NCBI RefSeq assembly: GCF_005696695.1
Contig: NZ_CP040006.1
Span: forward strand, 1,320,001-1,352,000
DNA length: 32,000 bases
Direction: 5' to 3'
Origin: Schaalia odontolytica
GTDB taxonomy: Bacteria > Actinomycetota > Actinomycetes > Actinomycetales > Actinomycetaceae
The translations under genes and the position numbers were made by a program. Below the pieces are notes generated by a model. It saw only the letters and a list, made by a program, of their open reading frames with translations. It was not told where the DNA came from and did not search any database. Each line of letters starts with the position of its first letter. Position 1 is the stretch's first letter. Below are positions 25,363-32,000 of this stretch, in pieces.

Positions 25363-26640
25363 TCAGTAGGACGTCTCGGTGGGTTCCGGATAGTAGCGGG
25401 CAAACTTACGCCTATGGTTCTGCTTCTGGAGCCACACGGTCAGGTTACGGCGCAGGTCCTTCTCCGTCGGATTGAGAAGCAGATCAAAACGCCGGCCCTC
25501 ACGGATGATGCGCTTGACGCGCGCGCGCAGATCCTCATCGGTGATGTAGTGCAGCAGCAGGGAGTCCGGCACGAGGGTGTAGAGAATCTCGTCGGTCGCT
25601 TGGGTCTGCTCGCAGGCCTTGCCGTCAATAAGGTCCTCGACCATCGGGATCATCGGGTTCGCACCGGCGGCGGCCATGTACCAGTTGTTGCGGCCGATGC
25701 GCGGATTCACCTCGAAGAAGAGCGCTCGCCCGTCCCGGGGATCGATCTTCACGTCGAAGTTCGCGAAACCGCGGTAGCCGTTCTCGGTCAGTAGAGCGCA
25801 GGCATCGCGCCACAGCGTCGGGAAGTCCTCGGTGATCATGGCGACGGGGTTTCCGATCATCGTGGGCGCGTGGTCTTCGAGGAGGACACGCGCCGACCCG
25901 ATCAGGGTCACCTCTCCGCGCGAGTCCACATACGCCGTGATCGAGCGCATCGCGGTGTTATCGCCAGGAATCAACTCCTGCACCAGGAAGGTATCGCGGA
26001 AGCCCGCTGCCTTCAGGGTCCCCCACAGCTGAGTGAGTTCCTCAGCCGTGTCGATGAACCAGATCTTGCGCTTGCCCTCGAACTCGAGCACGTCATAGGG
26101 CTCGCCCTTCGCGGACTTAGCAACCACCGGGAAACTAAAGGGAATCTCGGGAGCGGCCCAGGCCTCGTCCTCCGCTCCGGAGAAATCGACCTCGACCGTA
26201 CCCGGCGTGGCAATGCCGGCACGCTCGCACGCACGAGCAAACTCCGCCTTGTCGGTGAGTCGATCCATGACCTCCTCGGTGGGGAACGGCAGCGCGTAGT
26301 GGCGCGAGAGCGTCTCCATGTTCCGAGCAACGAACGCCGAGAAAATGTCGTGGTTGGCCATCAGGATGAGCTTCTTATCCGAATGCTCACCCGCAATGGT
26401 CATAAGGACGTCCAGGAGCTGTGCGTCACTCGCATGAGCGCTCACGTGGCGGACATCAAAAAAGTGCGAACGCGTGATCGACTCGGTCGGCTGCGATCCC
26501 ACGCAGATGCACCGACAACCGAACGCTTCGTTGAAACAACGCCCAATTCCGTATACTCCGAAGTCTCCTCCGATAATGACGGGCAGGATATCTTCGCGGG
26601 GCATCAGCGGTCGCGTCTGAGTCAGATAGTCGATCGTCAT
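25363..26640 (-). CDS. ATP-grasp carboxylate-amine ligase (D-aspartate-ligase-like class; substrate unknown)
   Basis: 425 aa. It has a pre-ATP-grasp N-terminal domain (PVIIGGDFGVYGIGRCF), DK.EF...C...GI.TP, FPVVAKSAKG, LVQELIPGD and FANFDVKIDPRDGRALFFEVNPRIGR (the E-x-N Mg-binding motif). Confidence 0.82.
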   Translation of the reverse strand: MTIDYLTQTRPLMPREDILPVIIGGDFGVYGIGRCFNEAFGCRCICVGSQPTESITRSHFFDVRHVSAHASDAQLLDVLMTIAGEHSDKKLILMANHDIFSAFVARNMETLSRHYALPFPTEEVMDRLTDKAEFARACERAGIATPGTVEVDFSGAEDEAWAAPEIPFSFPVVAKSAKGEPYDVLEFEGKRKIWFIDTAEELTQLWGTLKAAGFRDTFLVQELIPGDNTAMRSITAYVDSRGEVTLIGSARVLLEDHAPTMIGNPVAMITEDFPTLWRDACALLTENGYRGFANFDVKIDPRDGRALFFEVNPRIGRNNWYMAAAGANPMIPMVEDLIDGKACEQTQATDEILYTLVPDSLLLHYITDEDLRARVKRIIREGRRFDLLLNPTEKDLRRNLTVWLQKQNHRRKFARYYPEPTETSY

Positions 26641-26711
26641 GCCACAAGCCTAGCGCCTGGTAGGATACAGAACGTTCCCTGAGACCTCTCTCACCAACAC
26701 GGAAGTACATC

Positions 26712-27563
26712 ATGAGCACGCCCTATTCTCCCGAGAATCAGCAGCCTTACCAGCCCCAGCAGGGTGGATACCCACAGCAGGGCGGATACCAGCAAGGTGG
26801 CTTCGGGCAGCAGCCCACCCAGCAGATGCCCGCCATGGGCGGCTACGGGCAGCAGCCCACCCAGCAGATGCCCGTAGCGGGCGGCTACGGCCAGTCTCAG
26901 GGCTACGGTCAGCAGGCCCAACAGGGCTACGGTCAGCAGGCCCAACAGGGCTACTACGCTCAGGGCCAGTTCCAGGGAGCCCCGGGCGGCGATCAGCCGG
27001 CAAAAAAGAAGACGGGCCTCATCATCGGCATCATCGCGGCCGTCGTGGTCGTGCTCATTGCCGCCGGCGTCGCCATCTGGTGGTTCATGTCCGGCGACGA
27101 CTCTTCCGACGCTGATGCTGCCCAGAGTGCCCCGAGCGCCGCAGCCCCGTCCGCAGGCGCAAACCCGTCGCAGCCTCCCGTGGGCACCAACCCCTCGCAG
27201 CCTCCCGTGGGCACCAACCCCTCGCAGCCTCCCGTCGGCACCAACCCCTCGCAGCCTCCCGCGGGTACGTCCCCCTCTAAAGGCACGGGTCCTGGCGCCG
27301 GCTCTGATCCTGACATGGAGAAGCAGGCCATCGCCGAGTGCACGAAGGAAATCAACGACGACTACACGAACGCAAACGTCTCGGACACGAAGCTGGAACT
27401 GAAGGAAAGCTACGGTGAGACTAAGTGGTGGGACTACACCGGTACCGTCACCGGAACAAGCACCATCACGAACAAGCCTGTCACGACCCGGTTCACGTGC
27501 TCCGTGTTCTACTTCTCGAGCACGAAGGAATACTCCGCTGTCGTCATCCCCGAAACCTACTGA
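26712..27563 (+). CDS. Q/G/Y-rich single-pass membrane protein with 2-Cys ectodomain, paralog 1 (uncharacterised)
   Basis: 283 aa with GGAAG 7 nt upstream of the ATG. Architecture: QGY-rich tail, PAKKKTG + TM (LIIGIIAAVVVVLIAAGVAIWWF), (NPSQPPVGT)x4 spacer, then a C-terminal module (...AECTKEIN...YTGTVTGTS...RFTCSVFY...). Paralogous to the next two genes. Confidence 0.8.
   Translation: MSTPYSPENQQPYQPQQGGYPQQGGYQQGGFGQQPTQQMPAMGGYGQQPTQQMPVAGGYGQSQGYGQQAQQGYGQQAQQGYYAQGQFQGAPGGDQPAKKKTGLIIGIIAAVVVVLIAAGVAIWWFMSGDDSSDADAAQSAPSAAAPSAGANPSQPPVGTNPSQPPVGTNPSQPPVGTNPSQPPAGTSPSKGTGPGAGSDPDMEKQAIAECTKEINDDYTNANVSDTKLELKESYGETKWWDYTGTVTGTSTITNKPVTTRFTCSVFYFSSTKEYSAVVIPETY
26805..26888 (+). repeat. 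2 x 42-bp tandem duplication inside paralog 1 (GQQPTQQMP(AM/VA)GGY)
   Basis: Units 26805-26846 and 26847-26888 differ only in 4 consecutive nt (gcca vs gtag). Confidence 0.9.
26901..26948 (+). repeat. 2 x 24-bp perfect tandem duplication inside paralog 1 (GYGQQAQQ)
   Basis: ggctacggtcagcaggcccaacag occurs twice back to back. Confidence 0.95.
27162..27269 (+). repeat. 4 x 27-bp in-frame tandem repeat inside paralog 1 (NPSQPPVGT)
   Basis: Units start at 27162, 27189, 27216 and 27243. Units 2 and 3 differ at 1 nt; units 1 and 4 differ by a few nt. Confidence 0.95.
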
Positions 27564-27601
27564 CACGCGCTGACAGCTTCTGATAGACCGAGGGAGTCCC
27601 C

Positions 27602-28312
27602 ATGTCCAGCCCCTTCAACCCCAACCAGCAGCCGATGCCCGGCAACGGTCAGTACCCGACCGGCCAGCAGTTTGGTGCTAGTTACGGCCAGCAGCCCGGC
27701 CAGCAGATGACTGGCGCGGGCGGCTACGGTCAGCCTCAGGGCTTCGGGCAGCAGCCTCAGCAGGGCTACTACCCCCAGGGGCAGTTCCAGGGCGCTCCCT
27801 ATGGTGGAGCGCCGGAAAAGAAAAAGACGGGCCTCATCGTCGGCATCATCGCAGCAGTCCTGGTCGTCGCTATCATCGCCGGCATCGCGATCTGGGCACT
27901 CAACAAGGACGACTCTGACTCGGTCGCTGATTCACCCACGATGCCTGGGGTTCCTTCTCAGGGCTCCGGCCCTACGGCGGGCACCAACCCGATGCAGCCT
28001 CCCGTAGGTACCAACCCGTCGCAGGGGACCGCTCCGGGGAATGGGAACGGCGGTCAAGGTGACATGCAGCAGCGGGTTGCCTCGATGTGCAAAGAGGAAA
28101 TCAATAAGAAGTTTTCAAACGCCAACATCTCGAATGAGAACTTTACGCAGCCGGAGGTCCTCCCCAACGGCCAGAAGCAAATCTACACCGGGATCGTCAG
28201 CGGAACCGAAACCTCAACGAACAAGAGCGGACGTTGGTCGTTCACATGTAACGGCTACTACATTAAAGACATGAACGACTACACCGGCTGGATAACCTAC
28301 AAAGAAGCCTAA
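27602..28312 (+). CDS. Q/G/Y-rich single-pass membrane protein with 2-Cys ectodomain, paralog 2 (uncharacterised)
   Basis: 236 aa with GAGGGAG 5 nt upstream of the ATG. Same architecture: MSSPFNPNQQ..., PEKKKTG + TM, GTNPMQPPVGTNPSQG spacer, then the ...SMCKEEIN...YTGIVSGTE...WSFTCNGYY... module. Confidence 0.8.
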   Translation: MSSPFNPNQQPMPGNGQYPTGQQFGASYGQQPGQQMTGAGGYGQPQGFGQQPQQGYYPQGQFQGAPYGGAPEKKKTGLIVGIIAAVLVVAIIAGIAIWALNKDDSDSVADSPTMPGVPSQGSGPTAGTNPMQPPVGTNPSQGTAPGNGNGGQGDMQQRVASMCKEEINKKFSNANISNENFTQPEVLPNGQKQIYTGIVSGTETSTNKSGRWSFTCNGYYIKDMNDYTGWITYKEA

Positions 28313-28399
28313 GCCGTCACGTTCACGAGCTACCTTCTACGCACGTTGCGTTCACCTTGGAGACCGGCTCAACCTATCGAACCACAAACGGGAGCACCA

Positions 28400-29152
28400 A
28401 TGTCGAACCCCTACAACCCCAACCAGCAGTCTGCTGGCGGAAACGGCCAGTATCCGGCCGGGCAGCAGTACACCCAGCAGATGCCCACCGCAGGCGGATA
28501 TCAGCAGCAGGGGTACCCACAGCAGCAGGGATACGCCCAGCAGCCTCAGCAGGGCTACTACCAGCAGGGCCAGTTCCCGGGCGCCCCGTACGGTGGAGCG
28601 CCGGAGAAGAAGTCAAAGACCGGGCTGATCATCGGCATCATTGCAGCAGTGGTGGTCGTGATCCTAGTCGCTGGCGTCGCGATCTGGGCGCTGACCAAGG
28701 ACGATTCCTCCACCGACAAGGCATCGGCCTCGCCGAGCGCTCCGACCAGCGCAGCGCCCACGTCCGCTCCTTCCGCGGAGCCCAGCCCGTCGGCTCCCAT
28801 GACTCCCGCCCCTGCACCGACCCAGTCCACGCCGCCCGTCAACACAAAGCCCAGCCCGGCACCGACCCAGGGTACGGGTTCTTCCGGGAGCGTCAGCTCC
28901 GATGAGGAATACGGCGTCAAGTCTGAATGCAAGTCCGCACTATCGCAGACGGTCCAGCAGGGCAAGCTTGAGAACTGGACAGTCGAGCGCGACGGCGTGG
29001 ATTCGAGCGGACGTCCTCAGTACCTATCGAAGGGCCAGTTCAACGGCACTCTTCTCACGGGCAAGAGCGGCACCTTCGACTTCACATGCACAGTCGTCTA
29101 CCACCAGGAGAATGGCTTGTACGAGGCGTGGGCTTCTATCGACGCCTACTAA
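28400..29152 (+). CDS. Q/G/Y-rich single-pass membrane protein with 2-Cys ectodomain, paralog 3 (uncharacterised)
   Basis: 250 aa from ATG 28400 (GGGAG 6 nt upstream), starting MSNPYNPNQQ like paralogs 1 and 2. PEKKSKTG + TM, S/A/P/T spacer, then the ...SECKSALS...GQFNGTLLTGKSGTFDFTCTVVY... module. The 18-codon ORF-track extension is rejected. Confidence 0.8.
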   Translation: MSNPYNPNQQSAGGNGQYPAGQQYTQQMPTAGGYQQQGYPQQQGYAQQPQQGYYQQGQFPGAPYGGAPEKKSKTGLIIGIIAAVVVVILVAGVAIWALTKDDSSTDKASASPSAPTSAAPTSAPSAEPSPSAPMTPAPAPTQSTPPVNTKPSPAPTQGTGSSGSVSSDEEYGVKSECKSALSQTVQQGKLENWTVERDGVDSSGRPQYLSKGQFNGTLLTGKSGTFDFTCTVVYHQENGLYEAWASIDAY

Positions 29153-29173
29153 ACCGTACAACCGACAAGCGCA

Positions 29174-30940
29174 ATGATCATCCACCCCGAGCTGCTTCCT
29201 GGCGAACTCTACGCAGCGCAGCCCTGGTGGAAGAACGCCGTGCTGTACCAGGTCTATCCCCGTTCGTTCCAGGATACGAACGGGGATGGACTCGGAGACC
29301 TTGCAGGGATTATCCGCCGCCTCGACTACCTCGCTGAGCTGGGTGTCGATATCGTGTGGATATCCCCGATCTACCGCTCCCCTCAGGCGGATAACGGCTA
29401 CGACATCTCGGACTACCGCGACGTCGATCCGCTGTTCGGAGATCTCGAGACTTTTGATGCCCTCGTTGCACGTGCTCACGACCTGGGTATGCGCATCGTC
29501 ATGGACCTCGTTGTCAACCACACGTCAATCGAGCACCCCTGGTTCGTTGAGTCAGCGTCGAGCGTCGACTCAGAGCGTCGAGACTGGTACTACTGGCGGG
29601 ATCCACGCCCTGGCTTCGAGCCTGGTGCTCCCGGTGCTGAGCCGACGAACTGGGAGTCGTTTTTCGGCGGGCCGGCGTGGGAGTACGACGCGTCTACCGG
29701 CCAGTACTACCTTCACCTTTTCGCACGCGAGCAGCCCGATCTGAACTGGGAGAACCCGCAGGTTCGTGACGCCGTCTACGACATGATGAACTGGTGGCTT
29801 GACCGGGGTGTTGATGGTTTCCGCGTCGACGCGATCGACGTCATTTCGAAGCTACCGGGCCTGCCTGATGGAGGCGCCCCGCGCCCGCCGTTTGGGGTCG
29901 GGCACGAGTGCTTCGCGGACGGTCCTCGTCTCCACGAATTCCTGCAGGAGATGCACGAACGGACGTTCGCTCACCATCCGGGGTCGTTTACGGTGGGCGA
30001 GGCCTCGAACGCATCCCCCGAGACAGCACTGCTGTTTTGCGATCCCGAGCGCCGCGAGTTCAACATGCTCATCCAGTTCGAGCATGTCAACCTCGGCCTC
30101 GAGAACGGCAAGTTTTCGCCCCGCCAGCTGGCGCCCGGGGAGCTGGCGGATGTTCTCACTCGCTGGCAGGACACGCTCGGGACGCGCGGATGGAACGCGC
30201 TGTACCTGGAGAACCACGACCAGCCGCGCTCGGTGTCCCGTTTCGGGGATCCATCGCTCTACTGGTACGAATCGGCAACCGCACTGGCGACCGCCTATTT
30301 CCTCCAGCGCGGAACCCCCTTCATCTATCAGGGCCAAGAGATCGGCATGCTCGGCGGTGATTTCACGACCGCAGCCGATTTCCGTGACGTCGAATCCGTG
30401 TCGTACATGGAGTGTCTGGGGATCGATAAGGTCCCCGAGGGACTCGCCGCGATGTCGCGAGACAACGGCCGGACCCCGATGCAGTGGGACTCCTCCCCCG
30501 CTGCCGGCTTCACCTCGAGCGAGCCATGGATCGATGTTCCGCCGTCCGCCGCTGCCATCAACGTTGCGGCACAGATCGAGGATGCAGGATCGGTCCTGTC
30601 GTATTACAAGGCACTTATCGAAGCTCGTCACCGCGTTCCCGCGCTGACGCAGGGCTCATTTGAGCGTATCGACGTGAGTTCACCGGCGCTCTTCGTCTAT
30701 CGTCGGCAGATGGCGGGCAGCGAGGTTCTCGTGATGGTCAATCTGTCCGGGCAACGCCACGCTCCCCTGTTCTCCCGACAGGACGAGGCCGTGGCTTCGT
30801 TGCCGTGGCGCCTCTACTTGGGCAACACGGAAGCATCACAGACGACGACCGATGAGACCGGCAATCACCCGGGCAGCGAACCCACTGTTGCCACACCATT
30901 GAAGCCGTGGGAGGCTCGCGTGTATCTCCTCGCCGGATAG
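29174..30940 (+). CDS. GH13 alpha-glucosidase / oligo-1,6-glucosidase-type enzyme (cytoplasmic; no signal peptide)
   Basis: 588 aa with WWKNAVLYQVYPRSFQDTNGDGLGDL and GH13 regions I-IV: DLVVNH, GVDGFRVDAID, FTVGEA, YLENHDQPR. It starts 21 nt after paralog 3. No clear SD. Confidence 0.93.
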   Translation: MIIHPELLPGELYAAQPWWKNAVLYQVYPRSFQDTNGDGLGDLAGIIRRLDYLAELGVDIVWISPIYRSPQADNGYDISDYRDVDPLFGDLETFDALVARAHDLGMRIVMDLVVNHTSIEHPWFVESASSVDSERRDWYYWRDPRPGFEPGAPGAEPTNWESFFGGPAWEYDASTGQYYLHLFAREQPDLNWENPQVRDAVYDMMNWWLDRGVDGFRVDAIDVISKLPGLPDGGAPRPPFGVGHECFADGPRLHEFLQEMHERTFAHHPGSFTVGEASNASPETALLFCDPERREFNMLIQFEHVNLGLENGKFSPRQLAPGELADVLTRWQDTLGTRGWNALYLENHDQPRSVSRFGDPSLYWYESATALATAYFLQRGTPFIYQGQEIGMLGGDFTTAADFRDVESVSYMECLGIDKVPEGLAAMSRDNGRTPMQWDSSPAAGFTSSEPWIDVPPSAAAINVAAQIEDAGSVLSYYKALIEARHRVPALTQGSFERIDVSSPALFVYRRQMAGSEVLVMVNLSGQRHAPLFSRQDEAVASLPWRLYLGNTEASQTTTDETGNHPGSEPTVATPLKPWEARVYLLAG

Positions 30941-31088
30941 AGCCACGAGGAGCAACCCAAGGCAACGTCGGGTTCAATGCAGGCTGCCGCTGCGCCCTGT
31001 GAGCAGCACCCGACCATAGGCGAATGACCGTCGTTCTTTTTGCACGATTAGTGGTTTCCGGTCTCAGTACAACTGCTTCACGCACGTA

Positions 31089-31131
31089 GAACACGCGGGT
31101 GGGAAGACCAAGTCTTCCCACCCGCGTGTTC
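31089..31131. terminator. perfect 20-bp-stem hairpin between convergent genes (probable bidirectional terminator; no U-tract)
   Basis: GAACACGCGGGTGGGAAGAC-caa-GTCTTCCCACCCGCGTGTTC. It lies 149 nt after the GH13 stop and 59 nt after the surface-protein stop. Confidence 0.6.
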
Positions 31132-31189
31132 CGCATGATTCGTGCATTCGCGTCATCGCTTCGGAGCCGCGAGAGTAACCTTCATCGGG

Positions 31190-32000
31190 TCAGCGCTGAC
31201 GACGCTTGACTGCGACGAGCGATCCACCCGCAAGGGCCACGATTCCGGCCAGGACGCCGATGTTCGCAGCATCAGCACCGGTCTTCGCCAGGCGCGGAGC
31301 CGGAGGCGTCGAAGGCGTCGGGGTCGGCTCCGGCGTCGGGGACTCCGAAGGCGTGGGGGTGGGCTTCGGAGACTCCGAGGGGGTCGGAGTGGGCTCCGGG
31401 GTCGGCGTCGGAGTGGGCTCCGGGGTCGGAGTGGGCTCCGGGGTCGGCGTCGGGGTCGGCGTCGGCGTGGGCTCCGGGGTCGGCGTCGGGGTCGGCGTCG
31501 GAGTGGGCTCCGGGGTCGGCGTCGGGGTCGGCGTCGGAGTGGGTTCCGGGGTCGGCGTCGGGGTCGGCGTCGGCGTGGGCTCCGGGGTCGGCGTCGGGGT
31601 CGGCGTCGGAGTGGGTTCCGGGGTCGGCGTCGGGGTCGGCGTCGGAGTGGGCTTAGGCGTAGGGACCAGCTTGTTGTTCAGGTTCAGCGCAAAGAGCTGA
31701 TCCTCGCTGAGCTTGAAGGTCGCCTCGCGGTTGTTGGCCTTGAGGGTGACGCCCTGCGCGGTATCGAACACGCGGCTCTCGGCCTCGTTCCAGGTCACGC
31801 CATCGGCTGCAGGGAGGTCACCCTCGGAGACGGTCACCTCGGTGCCCAGCGGGAGGGTACCCGGGTAGCTGTAGCGCTTACCGGCCTTGACGGTCGCCTG
31901 GTAGGTCTTGTTGACCGACGGATCGGCGTCGTTCTTCAGCGTGATGTTGAGGGTGTACTCGAGGTCCTTCGCGTTGTCGGGGAGCTCGCCGTCGACCTTC
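31190..32000 (-). CDS. LPXTG-type (LAKTG) sortase-anchored cell-wall surface protein, C-terminal part (gene continues beyond the right edge)
   Basis: The C-terminus ...[35 protein letters not shown] has the motif (31277-31291), a hydrophobic helix and a basic tail. The frame stays open upstream of the ORF-track GTG. My translation of 31838-32000 gives [54 protein letters not shown], a beta-rich Ig-like domain. Confidence 0.85.
   Translation of the reverse strand, partial: KVDGELPDNAKDLEYTLNITLKNDADPSVNKTYQATVKAGKRYSYPGTLPLGTEVTVSEGDLPAADGVTWNEAESRVFDTAQGVTLKANNREATFKLSEDQLFALNLNNKLVPTPKPTPTPTPTPTPEPTPTPTPTPTPEPTPTPTPTPTPEPTPTPTPTPTPEPTPTPTPTPTPEPTPTPTPTPTPEPTPTPEPTPTPTPEPTPTPSESPKPTPTPSESPTPEPTPTPSTPPAPRLAKTGADAANIGVLAGIVALAGGSLVAVKRRQR
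31391..31648 (-). repeat. in-frame PT-rich tandem repeat: 6 x 36 bp ([12 protein letters not shown]) plus shorter 24- and 18-bp units
   Basis: 36-bp units start at 31433, 31469, 31505, 31541, 31577 and 31613 on the plus strand, differing at only 1-2 positions. The wider P/T/E/S stalk spans about 31295-31660. Confidence 0.95.

Noticed and set aside
26641-26711. Divergent promoter between the ATP-grasp gene and paralog 1 (TAGGAT at 26661-26666 on the plus strand; its neighbourhood reads TATCCT on the minus strand).
   Set aside because: I did not list it as a feature because only TANNNT-level matches exist and no -35 element is present. It is plausible, and worth TSS mapping, but it is not supportable from sequence alone.
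30941-31088. Possible tRNA or small RNA in the 249-bp intergenic region (gggttcaatgc resembles a T-loop). I also considered ttcttttt at about 31044 as a GH13 terminator.
   Set aside because: No complementary T-arm or acceptor stem surrounds the TTCAA, and the T-run is not preceded by a convincing stem. I found no tRNA-like cloverleaf in any intergenic region of the window.
30738-31136. 132-aa minus-strand ORF spanning the GH13 3' end and the intergenic hairpin.
   Set aside because: It is Arg-rich, overlaps the end of a solid GH13 gene and the 20-bp palindrome, and has no SD or motif. It is a chance ORF.
31391-31648. Regular 36-bp periodicity that superficially resembles a CRISPR array.
   Set aside because: The units are directly adjacent with no unique spacers. 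They are in frame within an open reading frame encoding ([12 protein letters not shown])n of an LAKTG surface protein, and no cas genes are nearby.

Overview
High-GC actinobacterial chromosomal segment with strong GC3 bias and many mirror ORFs on the non-coding strand. It is almost fully coding, mostly on the minus strand. Gene content and order look like Actinomycetales core genome, possibly Actinomycetaceae; that taxonomic guess is inference only. Left to right: ruvB' / ruvA / ruvC / pdxT / pdxS / yebC (one minus-strand operon), two histidine-phosphatase genes flanking a small Cys/His ORF, glnE-glnA2, an SPFH/NfeD pair with an orphan ABC ATPase, divergent glgA / glgC-serB, and a NUDIX hydrolase coupled to a PrsW-family membrane protease. 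Then comes a long translationally coupled minus-strand chain: thrS - HIT - PI synthase - PIM acyltransferase - pimA - a LemA-like anchor protein - a second PrsW protease. This matches the M. tuberculosis Rv2609c-Rv2614c neighbourhood as I remember it. The right third is less housekeeping. It holds a FemAB-family tRNA-dependent peptidoglycan bridge transferase plus an ATP-grasp ligase. Divergent from these is a tandem trio of paralogous single-pass membrane proteins (Q/G/Y-rich tail, TM helix, Pro-rich spacer, 2-Cys ectodomain) that I cannot assign to any characterised family. Next come a GH13 alpha-glucosidase and the C-terminal part of an LAKTG-anchored surface protein with near-perfect 36-bp PT repeats. 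I found no rRNA, tRNA, CRISPR array, transposase or integrase. The most interesting candidate is the paralog trio and its link to the FemX/ATP-grasp pair. All functions are assigned by motif recognition from memory; no searches were run.
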